From NCBI GenBank assembly GCA_950097015.1, contig CATNEN010000002.1, positions 6,882,001-6,946,000 of the forward strand: 64,000 nucleotides of DNA. Reading direction: 5' to 3'. Shown piece by piece: positions 25,163 to 36,814 of this stretch. Each line of letters starts with the position of its first letter. Position 1 is the first letter of the stretch. Below the pieces are notes generated by a model. That model was not told where the DNA came from. It ran no database searches and saw only the letters and a list, made by a program, of their open reading frames with translations. The position numbers and the translations under genes were made by a program. This DNA comes from Macrostomum hystrix (taxonomy: Eukaryota > Animalia > Platyhelminthes).

Positions 25163-28007
25163 ATGCTCAGCTGGCTCGCACTGCCTCTTCTACTGTTGGT
25201 TGGCTGCACAGTCAGCGCTGGCTCCAACAGTGCGCCGAAAGATGGTGGCATCGAGTGCCCGGACCTGCACCCCAGCGTGTTCTGCTCGGATGAGATTCCT
25301 AGAGACTTTGAGTACAGCGATGGCTGCAGCCGCTACCGCTGCGGTTTCATCGGCTACTCGATAGTCACAAGCGCCAGCTGTCCTCGCGCCGAGTCCCTGG
25401 CCGACCAGCGCAGATGTCGAAGCGTCTCTCGCGCTGTCTTCAGTCGTCTCGAGCGCCGCGCCTGCCCAAATGCGGCACCTCAGCAGGTCTGCGCCAGTGT
25501 GCGAGGAGTCGGCGGCAGCGGCCATCGCTACACTGACGGCTGCAACCGCTTTGGCTGCGCTGCCGATGGCTCAGTGGCGGGCAGCACCCGACTGGCGTGC
25601 CCCACTGGCAACGCTCGCTCGGCCTACTGCAGCTTTATTGTCAACATGCAAAATGATGCCCTTTTGGACTTTGAGGATACCGGCAGCAACAGGGGAGTCA
25701 TCTACTGCATGTCTGTGTGTACATGCTTAGTACAGGTTTGCTCGCAGCCTTAACGCTTGCAGCACCGCTTCGTCCTCGTAGGCATAGTGTAACTGGATAT
25801 AGGAGCTGTTAGGATTTTTGCATCACATAAATGTCTAGGATTGAGATTTATATGCAAATTGCCTGCGAGAGTGCGTTTCTCCTGGGTCAAGATGAGTAAC
25901 TTTAGCTACGATTGAGAGTCATCTTTTGTTCTGCTTTTAACTCGTAGGAGTGACACAAGTAGTGGCTCTGGCATCGAGTGCCCGGACCTGCACCCCAGCG
26001 TGTTCTGCTCCGATGAGATTCCTAGAAACTTTGAGTACAGCGATGGCTGCAGCCGCTACCGCTGCGGTTTCATGGGCTACTCGATAGTCACAAGCGCCAG
26101 CTGTCCTCGCGCCGAGTCCCTGGCCGACCAGCGCAGATGTCGAAGCGTCTCTCGCGCCGTCTTCAACCGTCTCGAGCCGCAAGCCTGTCCGAACTCAGCT
26201 CCTGCACTGGTCTGCGCCAGCGTGCGGGACGTCGGCGGCAGCGGTCTTCGCTACACTGACGGCTGCAACCGCTTTGGCTGCGCTGCCGATGGCTCTGTGG
26301 CGGGTAGCACCTGGCGCACCTGCTCGCAAGGCAATGCCCGCTCGACTTTCTGCAGCTTTATTGTCAGTTCGCAGCATGATGCTCTAGAAGAGAATGCTGT
26401 CCGGTAAGTGAATTTATCAGCAACTCGAGTCTACACCCCTATTGCTATACCTATTAGTCTGCAAACACACGACCAGTAAACCATAGTAAATTGTGTGATA
26501 AAGTAGAATGAATCCAATGCAAGGCTTTGGCGAGTGAGGCTTCATCTTCGGGAAGCCTAACAACTTTTTCATTGTTGTTAAGATTATAAACAAGATCGCC
26601 ATGCGCCATGTCTCGCCCATCCACTCTGAAATTAATATACGAAATGGCACTTTCCGCCTTCTTCAGAGACGTCTCTGTGACTAACGATGTCTCTGGCATC
26701 GAGTGCCCGGACCTGCACCCCAGCGTGTTCTGCTCCGACGAGATTCCTAGAGACTTTGAGTACAGCGATGGCTGCAGCCGCTACCGCTGCGGTTTCATGG
26801 GCTACTCAATTGTCACGTCAGCCAGCTGTCCTCGCGCCGACTCCCTGGCCGACCAGCGCAGATGTCGAAGCGTCTCTCGCGTTGTCTTCAGTCGTCTCGA
26901 GCCCCGCGCCTGCCCAAATGCGGCACCTCAGCAGGTCTGCGCCAGTGTGCGAGGCATTGGCGGCAGCGGCCTTCGCTACACTGACGGCTGCAACCGCTTT
27001 GGCTGCGCTGCCGATGGCTCAGTGGCGGGTAGCACCTGGCGTACCTGCTCGCTAGGCAATGCCCGGTCGACTGTCTGCAGCTTTATTGTCAGTTCGCAGA
27101 TCGAAGCTTTAGCGGACAATGCAACCGCGTAAGAGCACTAGCTTTGAAATTGGCCTTAGTTTATTAATATAATGCTTCACATGCATTGCAGAAAGCTTTT
27201 CTTGAAGTGCCGTATTTTTCCTGTTTGCGGAATGGAAACCTGACAGCAGCGATAAAGTCTTTAATTTTATGTATTTAATATATGCCCTTTGAAACTATCA
27301 TATAAACATGCTGATAATTCACTAAATGTTCAATGTTCCAGGCATTTATAATCTATCACGATTATTTTGAAGACCAAGAAGCTGCTATATGCACCTAAAC
27401 ACTTGCAAAATACCTGCTTATGCATATTGCCACACTACGTGTTTCCGAGAGGACCATGAAAATTGCACATGTTTGACGGGCCAAATCGACCACTGAGCAC
27501 GACCATGGGCTCTTAAAAGCATACTTTATTTTCCTTTCGACTGCTACCTTCAGAGACGTCCCGGTGCCCAGTGATGGCCTTGGCATCGAGTGCCCGGACC
27601 TGCACCCCAGCGTGTTCTGCTCCGACGAGATTCCTAGAAACTTTGAGTACAGCGACGGCTGCAGCCGTTACCGCTGCGGTTTCATTAGCTACTCAATTGT
27701 CACATCAGCTAGCTGTCCTCGCGCCGAGTCCCTGGCCGATCAGCGCAGATGTCGAAGCGTCTCTCGCGCCGTCTTCAACCGTCTCGAGCCCCGCGCCTGC
27801 CCCAATGCGGCACCTGCGGAAGTCTGCGGCGTTGACTCTGGCACTGGCGTTGTCGGCGATGCAGATCGGCTTTTCACTGACGGCTGCAACCACTTTGCCT
27901 GCGCTGCGGACGGCTCCGTGGCGGGCAGCACCTGGCGCACCTGTCCTCAGGGAAATTCTCGCTCTGCCTATTGCACCTTCTTCAACACTGACACGGAGGA
28001 CGGGTGA
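25163..28007 (+). CDS. Secreted multi-domain pacifastin-like protein A: four tandem two-domain modules (25163-~25710, 25948-26403, 26667-27128, 27554-28003/28007), 8 domains
   Basis: Signal peptide MLSWLALPLLLLVGCTVSA; repeated DGC(N/S)xxxC...TxxxC cores; modules 2-4 are bounded by phase-2 AG acceptors and GT donors with lengths 456/462/450 nt; the module-1 donor is weak and uncertain. Confidence 0.75.
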
Positions 28008-29074
28008 GCCAAGAAGATAAACACATTTTTTTCTAATAAAGAGTCTACTACACTACTTGAATGTTTTAGATCGACATATTTTCTGCTTCAGTTGGTTCTC
28101 ATGGTTCTCATTCTCGTGTTAACTTAACCTGAAGTTCGAAGCCTAAAGGCCTGAAGTTTTTAATTTCAGACCCATTATCTGACGGCGCCGGGCGACTTCA
28201 AGGAAGACTTCAACTGCTAAGTACTAGCATGGACATGCAACTAGAGCTTCGATGACGCATATATTGAATTTGACAGAATTGCACTCGATATAGTGCATGC
28301 TGCTTTGCAGAAACTTCATATTTGTATTTTTTAGGCAATCAATAAGTTCAGAGCAACATTTATTTTGGCAAAATCCAACAAAATGTAAACATTTTGGTTA
28401 CTTGACGGACAGCAGGATCAACACATAGAACTCTGTAGATCGACTTTTTATGGAAAATCAATAGACCAATGCAGCCATTTTTTTATAAGAAACAAGAGGA
28501 TTAGCACTACTCCTAAAAGAACATGCGTTTTTAATGTTTAATAATAGCAAATAATAGCAATTAATGTTTATTGAGTCAAGTATAAATATATTTATTTTCA
28601 CAAAACCAGATGACACGGGATCACCTTTCTGTAAGATAAAAACTAGCTACGAGCTCGTATATACAGCTTTTTATAAAGAGTTTTTTAATTCCTTTTTTAC
28701 GAACATTGAACTTTACACTAGCGAGTTTTGCCCCCCCCCCCGAAGGGGAGCACTACTGGTCAAACAAAAAATATTGTGCAATGCAGAAGGACAAAACACA
28801 CCCGAAAGCAAACAAAAACGAAAACTGATTTCGTCAGTATTAATTTCCCTGATTGCGAATATACGTGATTGCGATTCAACAAGAATTTGAATTCTCACTA
28901 AATACAAAAATAGTCAGTCTGAGCTTGAATACATTCTGAGACATCCGGTCTGTACACCAAGAGCCCCATTGGGGCAAAATTACACGTAGCTTACGTTTGA
29001 TACAACTCAGCTTAATGCTACTAAGGTACATGTGAATACTATCCCCTCAGCAGTAAAAAACCAATATCCCCCAA

Positions 29075-30272
29075 GCAGCAGAGAACTAATTCCCCCCCTG
29101 CAGCAGAGATCTAATTCCCCCCAGCAGCAGAGAACCAATTTCCCCCAGCAGCAGAGAACTAATTCCCTTCAGCAGCAGAGAACTAATTCCACCCAGCAGC
29201 AGAGATCTAATTCCCCCCAGCAGCAAAGAACTAATTCCCCCCAGCAGCAAAGAACTAATTCCACCCAGCAGCAGAGAACTAATTCCACCCAGCAGCAGAG
29301 AACTAATTCCACCCAGCAGCAAAGAACTAATTCCACCCAGCAGCAAAGAACTAATTCCACCCAGCAGCAGAGAACTAATTCAACCCAGCAGCAGAGATCT
29401 AATTCCACCCAGCAGCAGAGAACTAATTCAACCCAGCAGCAAAGAACTAATTCCCTTCAGCAGCAGAGAACTAATTCCACCCAGCAGCAAAGAACTAATT
29501 CCACCCAGCAGCAGAGAACTAATTCCACCCAGCAGCAAAGAACTAATTCCACCCAGCAGCAAAGAACTAATTCCACCCAGCAGCAGAGAACTAATTCCAC
29601 CCAGCAGCAGAGAACTAATTCCACCCAGCAGCAAAGAACTAATTCCACCCAGCAGCAAAGAACTAATTCCACCCAGCAGCAAAGAACTAATTCCACCCAG
29701 CAGCAAAGAACTAATTCCCTTCAGCAGCAGAGAACTAATTCCACCCAGTAGCAAAGAACTAATTCCACCCAGCAGCAAAGAACTAATTCCACCCAGCAGC
29801 AAAGAACTAATTCCACCCAGCAGCAAAGAACTAATTCCACCCAGCAGCAAAGAACTAATTCCACCCAGCAGCAAAGAACTAATTCCACCCAGCAGCAGAG
29901 AACTAATTCCACCCAGCAGCAAAGAACTAATTCCACCCAGCAGCAAAGAACTAATTCCACCCAGCAGCAAAGAACTAATTCCACCCAGCAGTAAAGAACT
30001 AATTCCACCCAGCAGCAAAGAACTAATTCCACCCAGCAGCAAAGAACTAATTCCCTTCAGCAGCAGAGAACTAATTCCACCCAGCAGCAGAGAACTAATT
30101 CCACCCAGCAGCAGAGAACTAATTCCACCCAGCAGCAAAGAACTAATTCCACCCAGCAGTAAAGAACTAATTCCACCCAGCAGCAAAGAACTAATTCCAC
30201 CCAGCAGCAAAGAACTAATTCCCTTCAGCAGCAGAGAACTAATTCCACCCAGCAGCAGAGAACTAATTCCAC
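29075..30272. repeat. 24-bp tandem repeat (ccacccagcagcaaagaactaatt), about 50 units
   Basis: Direct observation; the QQQRTNST frame contains scattered in-frame stops. Confidence 0.95.
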
Positions 30273-31384
30273 AGTTCTCTTTAAGCAAAAATTTCGGAAT
30301 CGTAATTCCCTCTAATTCCCTCCACTTCTCTACATTGTTAAAAGTTTTTACAATTCTTAAACCTCCTTCACTAATTCAATACATTTCCTTCTACCTTGTT
30401 ACAATCTGTAAAAACATATATTATGCTTTGCTGAAATAAAGCGTATAATTTTACAGATAAAGTAATAAAACATAGTATACAGCGTCTACACGATATGCCT
30501 TTGCTTGAACTCAGGGGATAGAAGCGTACATTTGTGCATGTGCAGTAGCTAAAAATAGCAGCCAATGAACAGGAAGCGGTGATTTTGAGCCTCACATTTT
30601 AGGCACGCCAAACCCTGCATAGTGGAACGTTCTGCCAGTTGTTATCCAAGCGCTTAGGCTTAGGCCTCCTCCACTTAAATGTACGCACTTTCCCTTCCAC
30701 CGTGCTCGTTTCTCTAATTCCGCCCGTCGCAAACAAGACAGGTGTCAACAAGGCACGTTGGCTCCGTTTCCCTAGGCACCTTGTCAAACTCAACCCTCTA
30801 GTTCCCTCCCTCGCCAATGCACTGCGGCCCAGTGCCCAGACCCATTGAATCTCGGCCCACCCTGGCCCCAACCAATGCCTTCCTTTCGTTTCCATCCTCC
30901 CCACTCCCTCAGCACCTCGTGCAGACCCTCGCGCGCCCGCCTATATTAGCTGCCTCTCTCCCTTGCTCACCTTTCAATCGCTCCTGTCTCCTGCGCGCAC
31001 TCGCATGCGTTAATTATATATATATAAGTACACTCGCCATAAGTTATCGCTCGAGCAATTGAAAATCTATCCACTAGTTCATCCTAGTTCTGCTTTATAA
31101 TTCCTTTCTTAATAGCTAGCTATCATGACTGGACAGCTACATTGTCCTTACCTGGCCTGAGCCGGCTCTGGCTCTGCGATCCGCGTTCGTGCCCACTACC
31201 GGTTCGGCGGTCTGCTCAGCTAAACTAAGCAGCTAAGTATCCATTAATTTATTGTTATTTTTTCTCCCTATTCCTGTGCGCATCCTCCGTGGATGGCTAG
31301 GATTTTTTCGATTTGTTGAGATTCACCTGAGAGAGAGAGACACATTTTAAGGTATATGATAGGAGTCATTTGTTATATATGTCA

Positions 31385-31590
31385 TTAAGACTTATCTATT
31401 CTTACAATCCTAGGGTGAGATCTCAGGGTGAGATTTTTCTTATAGAGTGAGACACCACCTTCAAGAGTGACGCATCTTGACCTGAAGCTGGACCGTGTAG
31501 CGATTCTCCCGTAGGTACCATTTGGTACTTAAATCGTAAGGCGATCGTAGCCTAGAACACTCGACAGCAGCAGTCTCACACACAGGATGT
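31385..31590 (-). pseudogene. Truncated second copy of the dUTPase remnant
   Basis: Near-identical to 35803-36065 but with an internal deletion between agtc microhomologies that removes the GYDL motif. Confidence 0.7.
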
Positions 31591-31958
31591 TGTTATCGGC
31601 AGAACTTACAGAGCTGAGAGAAAAAGCTTGTTGGCATTTTCGGCAAAGTAGTAGGCCTAACTAAATCCTGATTATAATCTAATTATCTATTTATATCTCC
31701 AAACACTCTTGCTAGCGATTGCGATAATACCTAAGCTAAGCAGTACAAAACTAACTGAAGATGAATACACAAACTTTGATTACCTAATTAAAAAATACTT
31801 TTGTAAATGTCTCCAATATAATTATAACATTCACAATCAGTCATAATTAGAACAATGTCTATATTAAAAATAATGAAATACGAATTACAAAAAGACTAAA
31901 CATTTGTCATTAAAGCACAAGTCAAAATTGCGTGATGCAACTACAGCAATCAATATAA

Positions 31959-34330
31959 TTACAAACGCCAATGACCAAATGGTAGCGAACTATATAGTCG
32001 TAATCCACGCGCGCATAGTGTAAAAAAACTAAAGGCCAATTTGCGTTGCTGCAGTAGAAACACGCGTTGCCTGCGGGATCTGATGCTTTGCATTCGCGCA
32101 AACATTACTTGGCGCTTGTGCAGAACTCTTAAATAATCCGGGTGTCGAATGTTTTGAGCAACAGTTTTATAGACACCCTTACATCGCGAGATTTACTCTC
32201 GCCAGTAACCAAGAAGGAATAGTTCTTTGGTCGAAAAGCTAGCTCCAAAGGCACACTTACCTTGAATTCCTCCTTCCAGACCAGCAGTCTACCCTTGTTG
32301 ACTGTAGAGTATAACGAATGCGATGGCGGATAGTTGCTAGTATCCAAGAGACCTTGTTCAGCCAAGTCTTTAAACAGCGTCTCGTACGGTGTCTCATTGT
32401 TTCGTCGCATTACGAGAGCTAACATTAGACTATCCGTATATCACCGCCGAGAACGCGCGCACTAGCTAGTGATCGATGCGATTGAACATCATGTTCACCT
32501 TCGCATGTTCGCATGTTCACCTTTTGCTATGTCCAAAATTGCAGCTCCTTTAATAATTGGCTTGTCCAACACTACACGCTTTGGTGCAAAGGAGACTCCA
32601 GCAAAACTGTATAAACAATAGCATCCAGAAAGTTGGCGCTTCCAATATAGCGCTCAAACCGTTCTGCAAGTGAGCACATTCTGTAAATGTTGCAGAAACT
32701 TGCCAAAGAGAGCATTATTTAGCAGCTTGAAAAATCTCTCTCAAACCATGTCTTAGCTGCTTTTCGTTGCTTAATATTGCGCTCAATGTAGGTTTCTTAA
32801 ATAACCAGCTCGGTAAAGCGAATCACAGGATGAACACGCGTCACGCGCATGCCTAACTCTAGGTAAAATCTAAGAGCTCGATGGTGGACAACAGTTCAAC
32901 TTGTGCTGCACTGGTCCAATCAACTTTCGCGTAGGGCTCTTGAATGGTTTTACGTCCTCATAGCATGTTGCATTCTTATGCCGCTCAGGATTAAGTTCAC
33001 GTTGAAGACTAAACCAGTCTGCCTTCATCTGATCTGTTAGCCGCTCTTCGCCAATAATTTCGTGTGCAATGGCTAGGGGCAAATCAGCAGTACTGTCATG
33101 TAGAAAATGCGGATAATACAAATCAACAGCTCCTTGATCGTCTTTGCAATAGTTTACCAGACAATTCAATAATCGGCTTTTTACACTTGGATTCTCAAAA
33201 TAGCCTACCGAGGGACTGTCAAACGGAATCACTGACAAGTCGCTACGCGACAACCAAGCAAAGTCGCCAACTGGCAGCGGTTGAATCATGCAGCTCAAAT
33301 ACAATACAATACAGTGTATTTGAGCTGCATGATTCAACCGCTGCCAGTTGGCGACTTTGCTTGGAGTTTGCATCCAAGTAAGCCAAATAAGTATCTCTAG
33401 GCGCATTCCGTCGCATGTTGCATGTTTCGTCGCACGAAAAATCTGCTTCAGTCTGATCTAAGTGCCTTCTACACTCTTCGACACACGGATTGTTTGCCGT
33501 TGTTATGTGTCGTGTTACAAAGCTGAAACCGCCTCGAATTGATTGCTCAACTTCAGCGTACATGCCAGCGTCGGTAAAAATTTGAATCGGCCGATCAATC
33601 TGTCGCAAACATGCTACCAAGCTAAACATTAGAGCACCTAAAAAGTGACTAGGATCAAGGCGAAACTCTCGCTGTGCTGTCTGACGAAAGTTTTCAAAGA
33701 CATCGCACAAGAGCAAAACATCAAGTTGAATATAGGCGGTTGTATAGTCTCTAAGGTTTTTGCAGTCAAACTCGGTCCATGCTGCATGAGCTCGCTCATA
33801 GTCCACGTCTAAGCAATCTGAAATCGTAGGCATGTTGAAAAAGCATGCCTTGGGTGGAAGACTTGTCACACTATCCAGCTTTTCCTCACAGTCTAGAAAC
33901 GAATAGGGATAGACACCCTTTTGACGAAGAGTTGAAAACTTCAACCTCGGATGTGCATTCATTAGTTCTCGTGTGTGTACCAGCTGATCTGGAAGAAGGC
34001 GATCTGCCAATGTTGACAAGTAGGCAAACGTGTCTTTGAAGCAAATTTCAAACTTGTGAGCCTGATCAGCTGGCTTTACACGAAACATGAGTGAAAATGT
34101 CTTCGGTTCTCGAAGACTGACAATCAGTTCGCTAGGCAGCCGCTGTTGCTGCTGTGGTCTGAATTCGATAAAGTTGACACGACCCTTGTGACTTGATTCG
34201 CGTAGCACAACAGGCAAATCATTAGGAGGAGGTGCAGAGAGCAGGTTTTCAGGCGCAAAGCACTCGCCATGCGAGTGTGCATGCAGTTCCGTCTGACCAC
34301 TGAAAACGCGTTGTCAAACATTGCACCTGA
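31959..34330 (-). pseudogene. Family B DNA polymerase (Polinton/adintovirus protein-primed type), frameshifted
   Basis: KGVYPYSF, LPPKACFF, DVLLLCDVFENFR, LDP, IRGG, motif A YLDANS, QPLPVGDFAW, motif B KLLNNALFGK, DKPIIKGAAILDIAK, motif C GGDTDS broken by a 2-nt insertion, LDTSNYPPSHSLYS, terminal SLPFGHW; several frameshifts and stops. Confidence 0.88.
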
Positions 34331-34420
34331 GGCATTTGATCATTACGGCTGTAATTTGATGAGTAGGTTAATGGTTAATGAGTGAATAGAAAAATTAAAA
34401 TGTGTAATTGTTTTTACAAA

Positions 34421-34759
34421 CTAGGTATATAAGTTTAAAAAAACGAGAGGAAGGATAATAGTTACTTTGTTTTTAAATGAAAGAAATATTGACGGCTTAT
34501 AAAAATCTTCAATAAAACCTACATATAGGTAACTGGTTTGAAGTCTGATTGAGTCGAAATCTATTGCGTAAAGGTTATCATAAATAAAGCGTAAAGCACA
34601 AATTAATTGCCAATTTGACAAGCAACCAAATATTGAAATTTTGCCACTCGGATAAAACTGAACAGTTAGATTGGAAAAGCACGTCTTTAGCATAGTTGGT
34701 CTGTTTCGAAATAATTTGCAAGCACAACATTTTGATTGTAAAATTAACTCGATTAGCAA
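34421..34759 (-). CDS. TBP (TATA-binding protein)-like ORF fragment inside the viral-like element
   Basis: RNRPTMLKTCFSNLTVQFYPSGKISIFGCLS...ALRFIYDNL...IRLQT aligns by eye with the TBP repeat [31 protein letters not shown]...FKIQN. Confidence 0.45.
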   Translation of the reverse strand: MLIELILQSKCCACKLFRNRPTMLKTCFSNLTVQFYPSGKISIFGCLSNWQLICALRFIYDNLYAIDFDSIRLQTSYLYVGFIEDFYKPSIFLSFKNKVTIILPLVFLNLYT

Positions 34760-35078
34760 TCGAAATTCTCACATTGCCTACGATTTACAAGACTGGCGCT
34801 AAATATTAGGAGAACAAGCCACTGGAAACAGTAAGGAAGGACTTGTGAAAATGGGCTTACAGTTTTATCGAGAAATAAAAAATTTAGGAATAACAGAGTG
34901 GCGTGCGAAAGAATTAAGACCTATACAAGCATATGGGAGGCTACAAATAATGAAGTTATTCTGCACAGAGTCACAAAAATGATTTACTCATCTGAAGACA
35001 ATGAATCCGCAGAGTCTGAGTCTGTGTCGTCTAAGAGCTTCTGTGCTCACCAATCGCAGTCTTGATATGCTGATGCAC

Positions 35079-35800
35079 TAAAAAATGTTGCTTTTTGTCA
35101 TTTCTTAATTAAGCTGTGACTGAATACTCTGCCAGGCCTCGACTTGAAATTCTAGTCGGGCACGCCACCAGGCTAGTCGTGTTGAGGCCCATGATCTGAC
35201 CTGGCGAGCCGCACTGCGTATAACGCACTTAAGCCAGTAGCCACGTTTTCTCGTTGCAGATACCGTGTCCTCGGGCCAGCTCTCCTCGATAAAGTTCTCT
35301 AGCTCAGTTAAGAGCTTCACAAGTTGAATCCATTTGCGGTTATTCATCTCTGTCTGATGAAATATGGACTGCTGGCTTCGCATTATCCCGACGATAACAT
35401 AGCTGAATCTGATGAATAAGAAAGAAACAAAAGTTTGTGACTCAATGATTTGGCGAGTTAGTGTAACAATCTCGACGTGCATTAACTCTCGATAAGTGGC
35501 AACTTGCAATGAAACTGATTCAGCATGCCCGTTTCAGAAAGTTGCTGCGCCTTTGAATTCTGACCTGCACACTTAATGAGCAGTTAGTTTGGACTTGGAA
35601 TTTTTTAACAACATGCTAAGGACAGAGATAGAGAGAGAAGAGAGAGAGATAGACTTTGACTTAGAAAATTCCTCGTGCGAGTTAGAACTTGGAAAATTTT
35701 TGGTGCGTTTTGAGTTAAATGTATAGGCATGTCCTATGCGGTACTACCTATGTATTTCTCCATAGGGAAAATGCGTTTGTTTCATATTTTTTATACTACT
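35079..35800. repeat. ~720-bp direct repeat, copy 1 (copy 2 at 36815-37538)
   Basis: Near-identical for ~640 bp including the 134-aa minus-strand ORF, then clearly more diverged over the last ~80 bp. Confidence 0.95.
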
Positions 35801-35859
35801 CATTAAGACTTATCTATTCTTACAATCCTGGGTGAGATCTCAGGGTGAGATATTTCTTA

Positions 35860-36070
35860 TAGAGTGAGACATCACCTTCAAGAGTGACGCATCTTGACCT
35901 GAGGCTGGACCGTGTAGCGATTCTCCCGTAGGTACCATTTGGTACTTGAATCGTAAGGCGATCGTAGCCTAGAACACTCGACAGCAGCAGTCAGATCATA
36001 ACCAACTGAGCCTTCAGTTTGGCGGACTGGAACATTAGCTGTTTGCAGAAGTCTCACACACAGGACACAA
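35860..36070 (-). pseudogene. dUTPase remnant (motifs 1 and 2)
   Basis: CVRLLQTANVPVRQTEGSVGYDLTAA, then after a frameshift LTIQVPNGTYGRIATRSSL; motifs 3-5 not seen. Confidence 0.8.
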
Positions 36071-36814
36071 ACCCTTAAAGTTGGCCAGCGGAACTTCGAC
36101 TCCGTCAGGATTTGCTTCGTTCACCATGAAGGTGGCGCACGGGTATGCTGCCTTGATTGTGATCCACTGCTGCTGCCTATTATTCAGCACCTCTTCATCT
36201 GACAATGACTTCGTTAGTCGCACTAACGTTCGTGCATCGCCAATTTCTCGCAGTTTAGTTTCGAGACCTCTTTCGATAAATCTGGATAAAAAGAGAGGAT
36301 TAAAATCCAAGTTAGACGTTGCTTTAGTTTAGGAAAAAATTATTCGCTAGATATAAAACTACAGCAATTTACAAAATTATAACCTGTACACTTGTGCTGG
36401 TTGAATTGAAGGTAAATATTGAATTGAAGGTTTGTAAAGAGGACAAACTCTAGTTCCGTTCTAAATGCATAGTTTAATTTTGTGTCACTAAGTTCTGCTG
36501 TTTAGGCTCTACAATTTGGTTATATGAGCTGTGAAGGTAGGTTACTATTGACAAATACAAGCTGAGGAAATGTAAAACACATAATTATACTCACCGAAGA
36601 CAATCGACTAAATCCTGATCACAACACTCCAGTTTCTAAACGAGGGAGAACTTAGAACTTAGTTTACAAAAAAAATTTATATGAATTTTTGAATGAAATA
36701 TATTTTGTTAGTGCAAGCATGTCTTAAGCAGAAAGAAAACTTTTGTACTGTGGTAAAGCAGAAATATATTTACAAACTTTGATAAAAATCAGTTATTGAG
36801 TTAATGCAAAATTA

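Noticed and set aside
30639-30848. GLLHLNVR as the start of a LINE endonuclease
   Set aside because: Single short motif with no further APE motifs downstream
35790-35800. ACTACT at the right ends of both 720-bp repeats as Polinton termini
   Set aside because: Repeats are direct, no matching inverted AGTAGT-led copy was found, and in copy 2 the motif lies within an apparently coding frame (LYYS)
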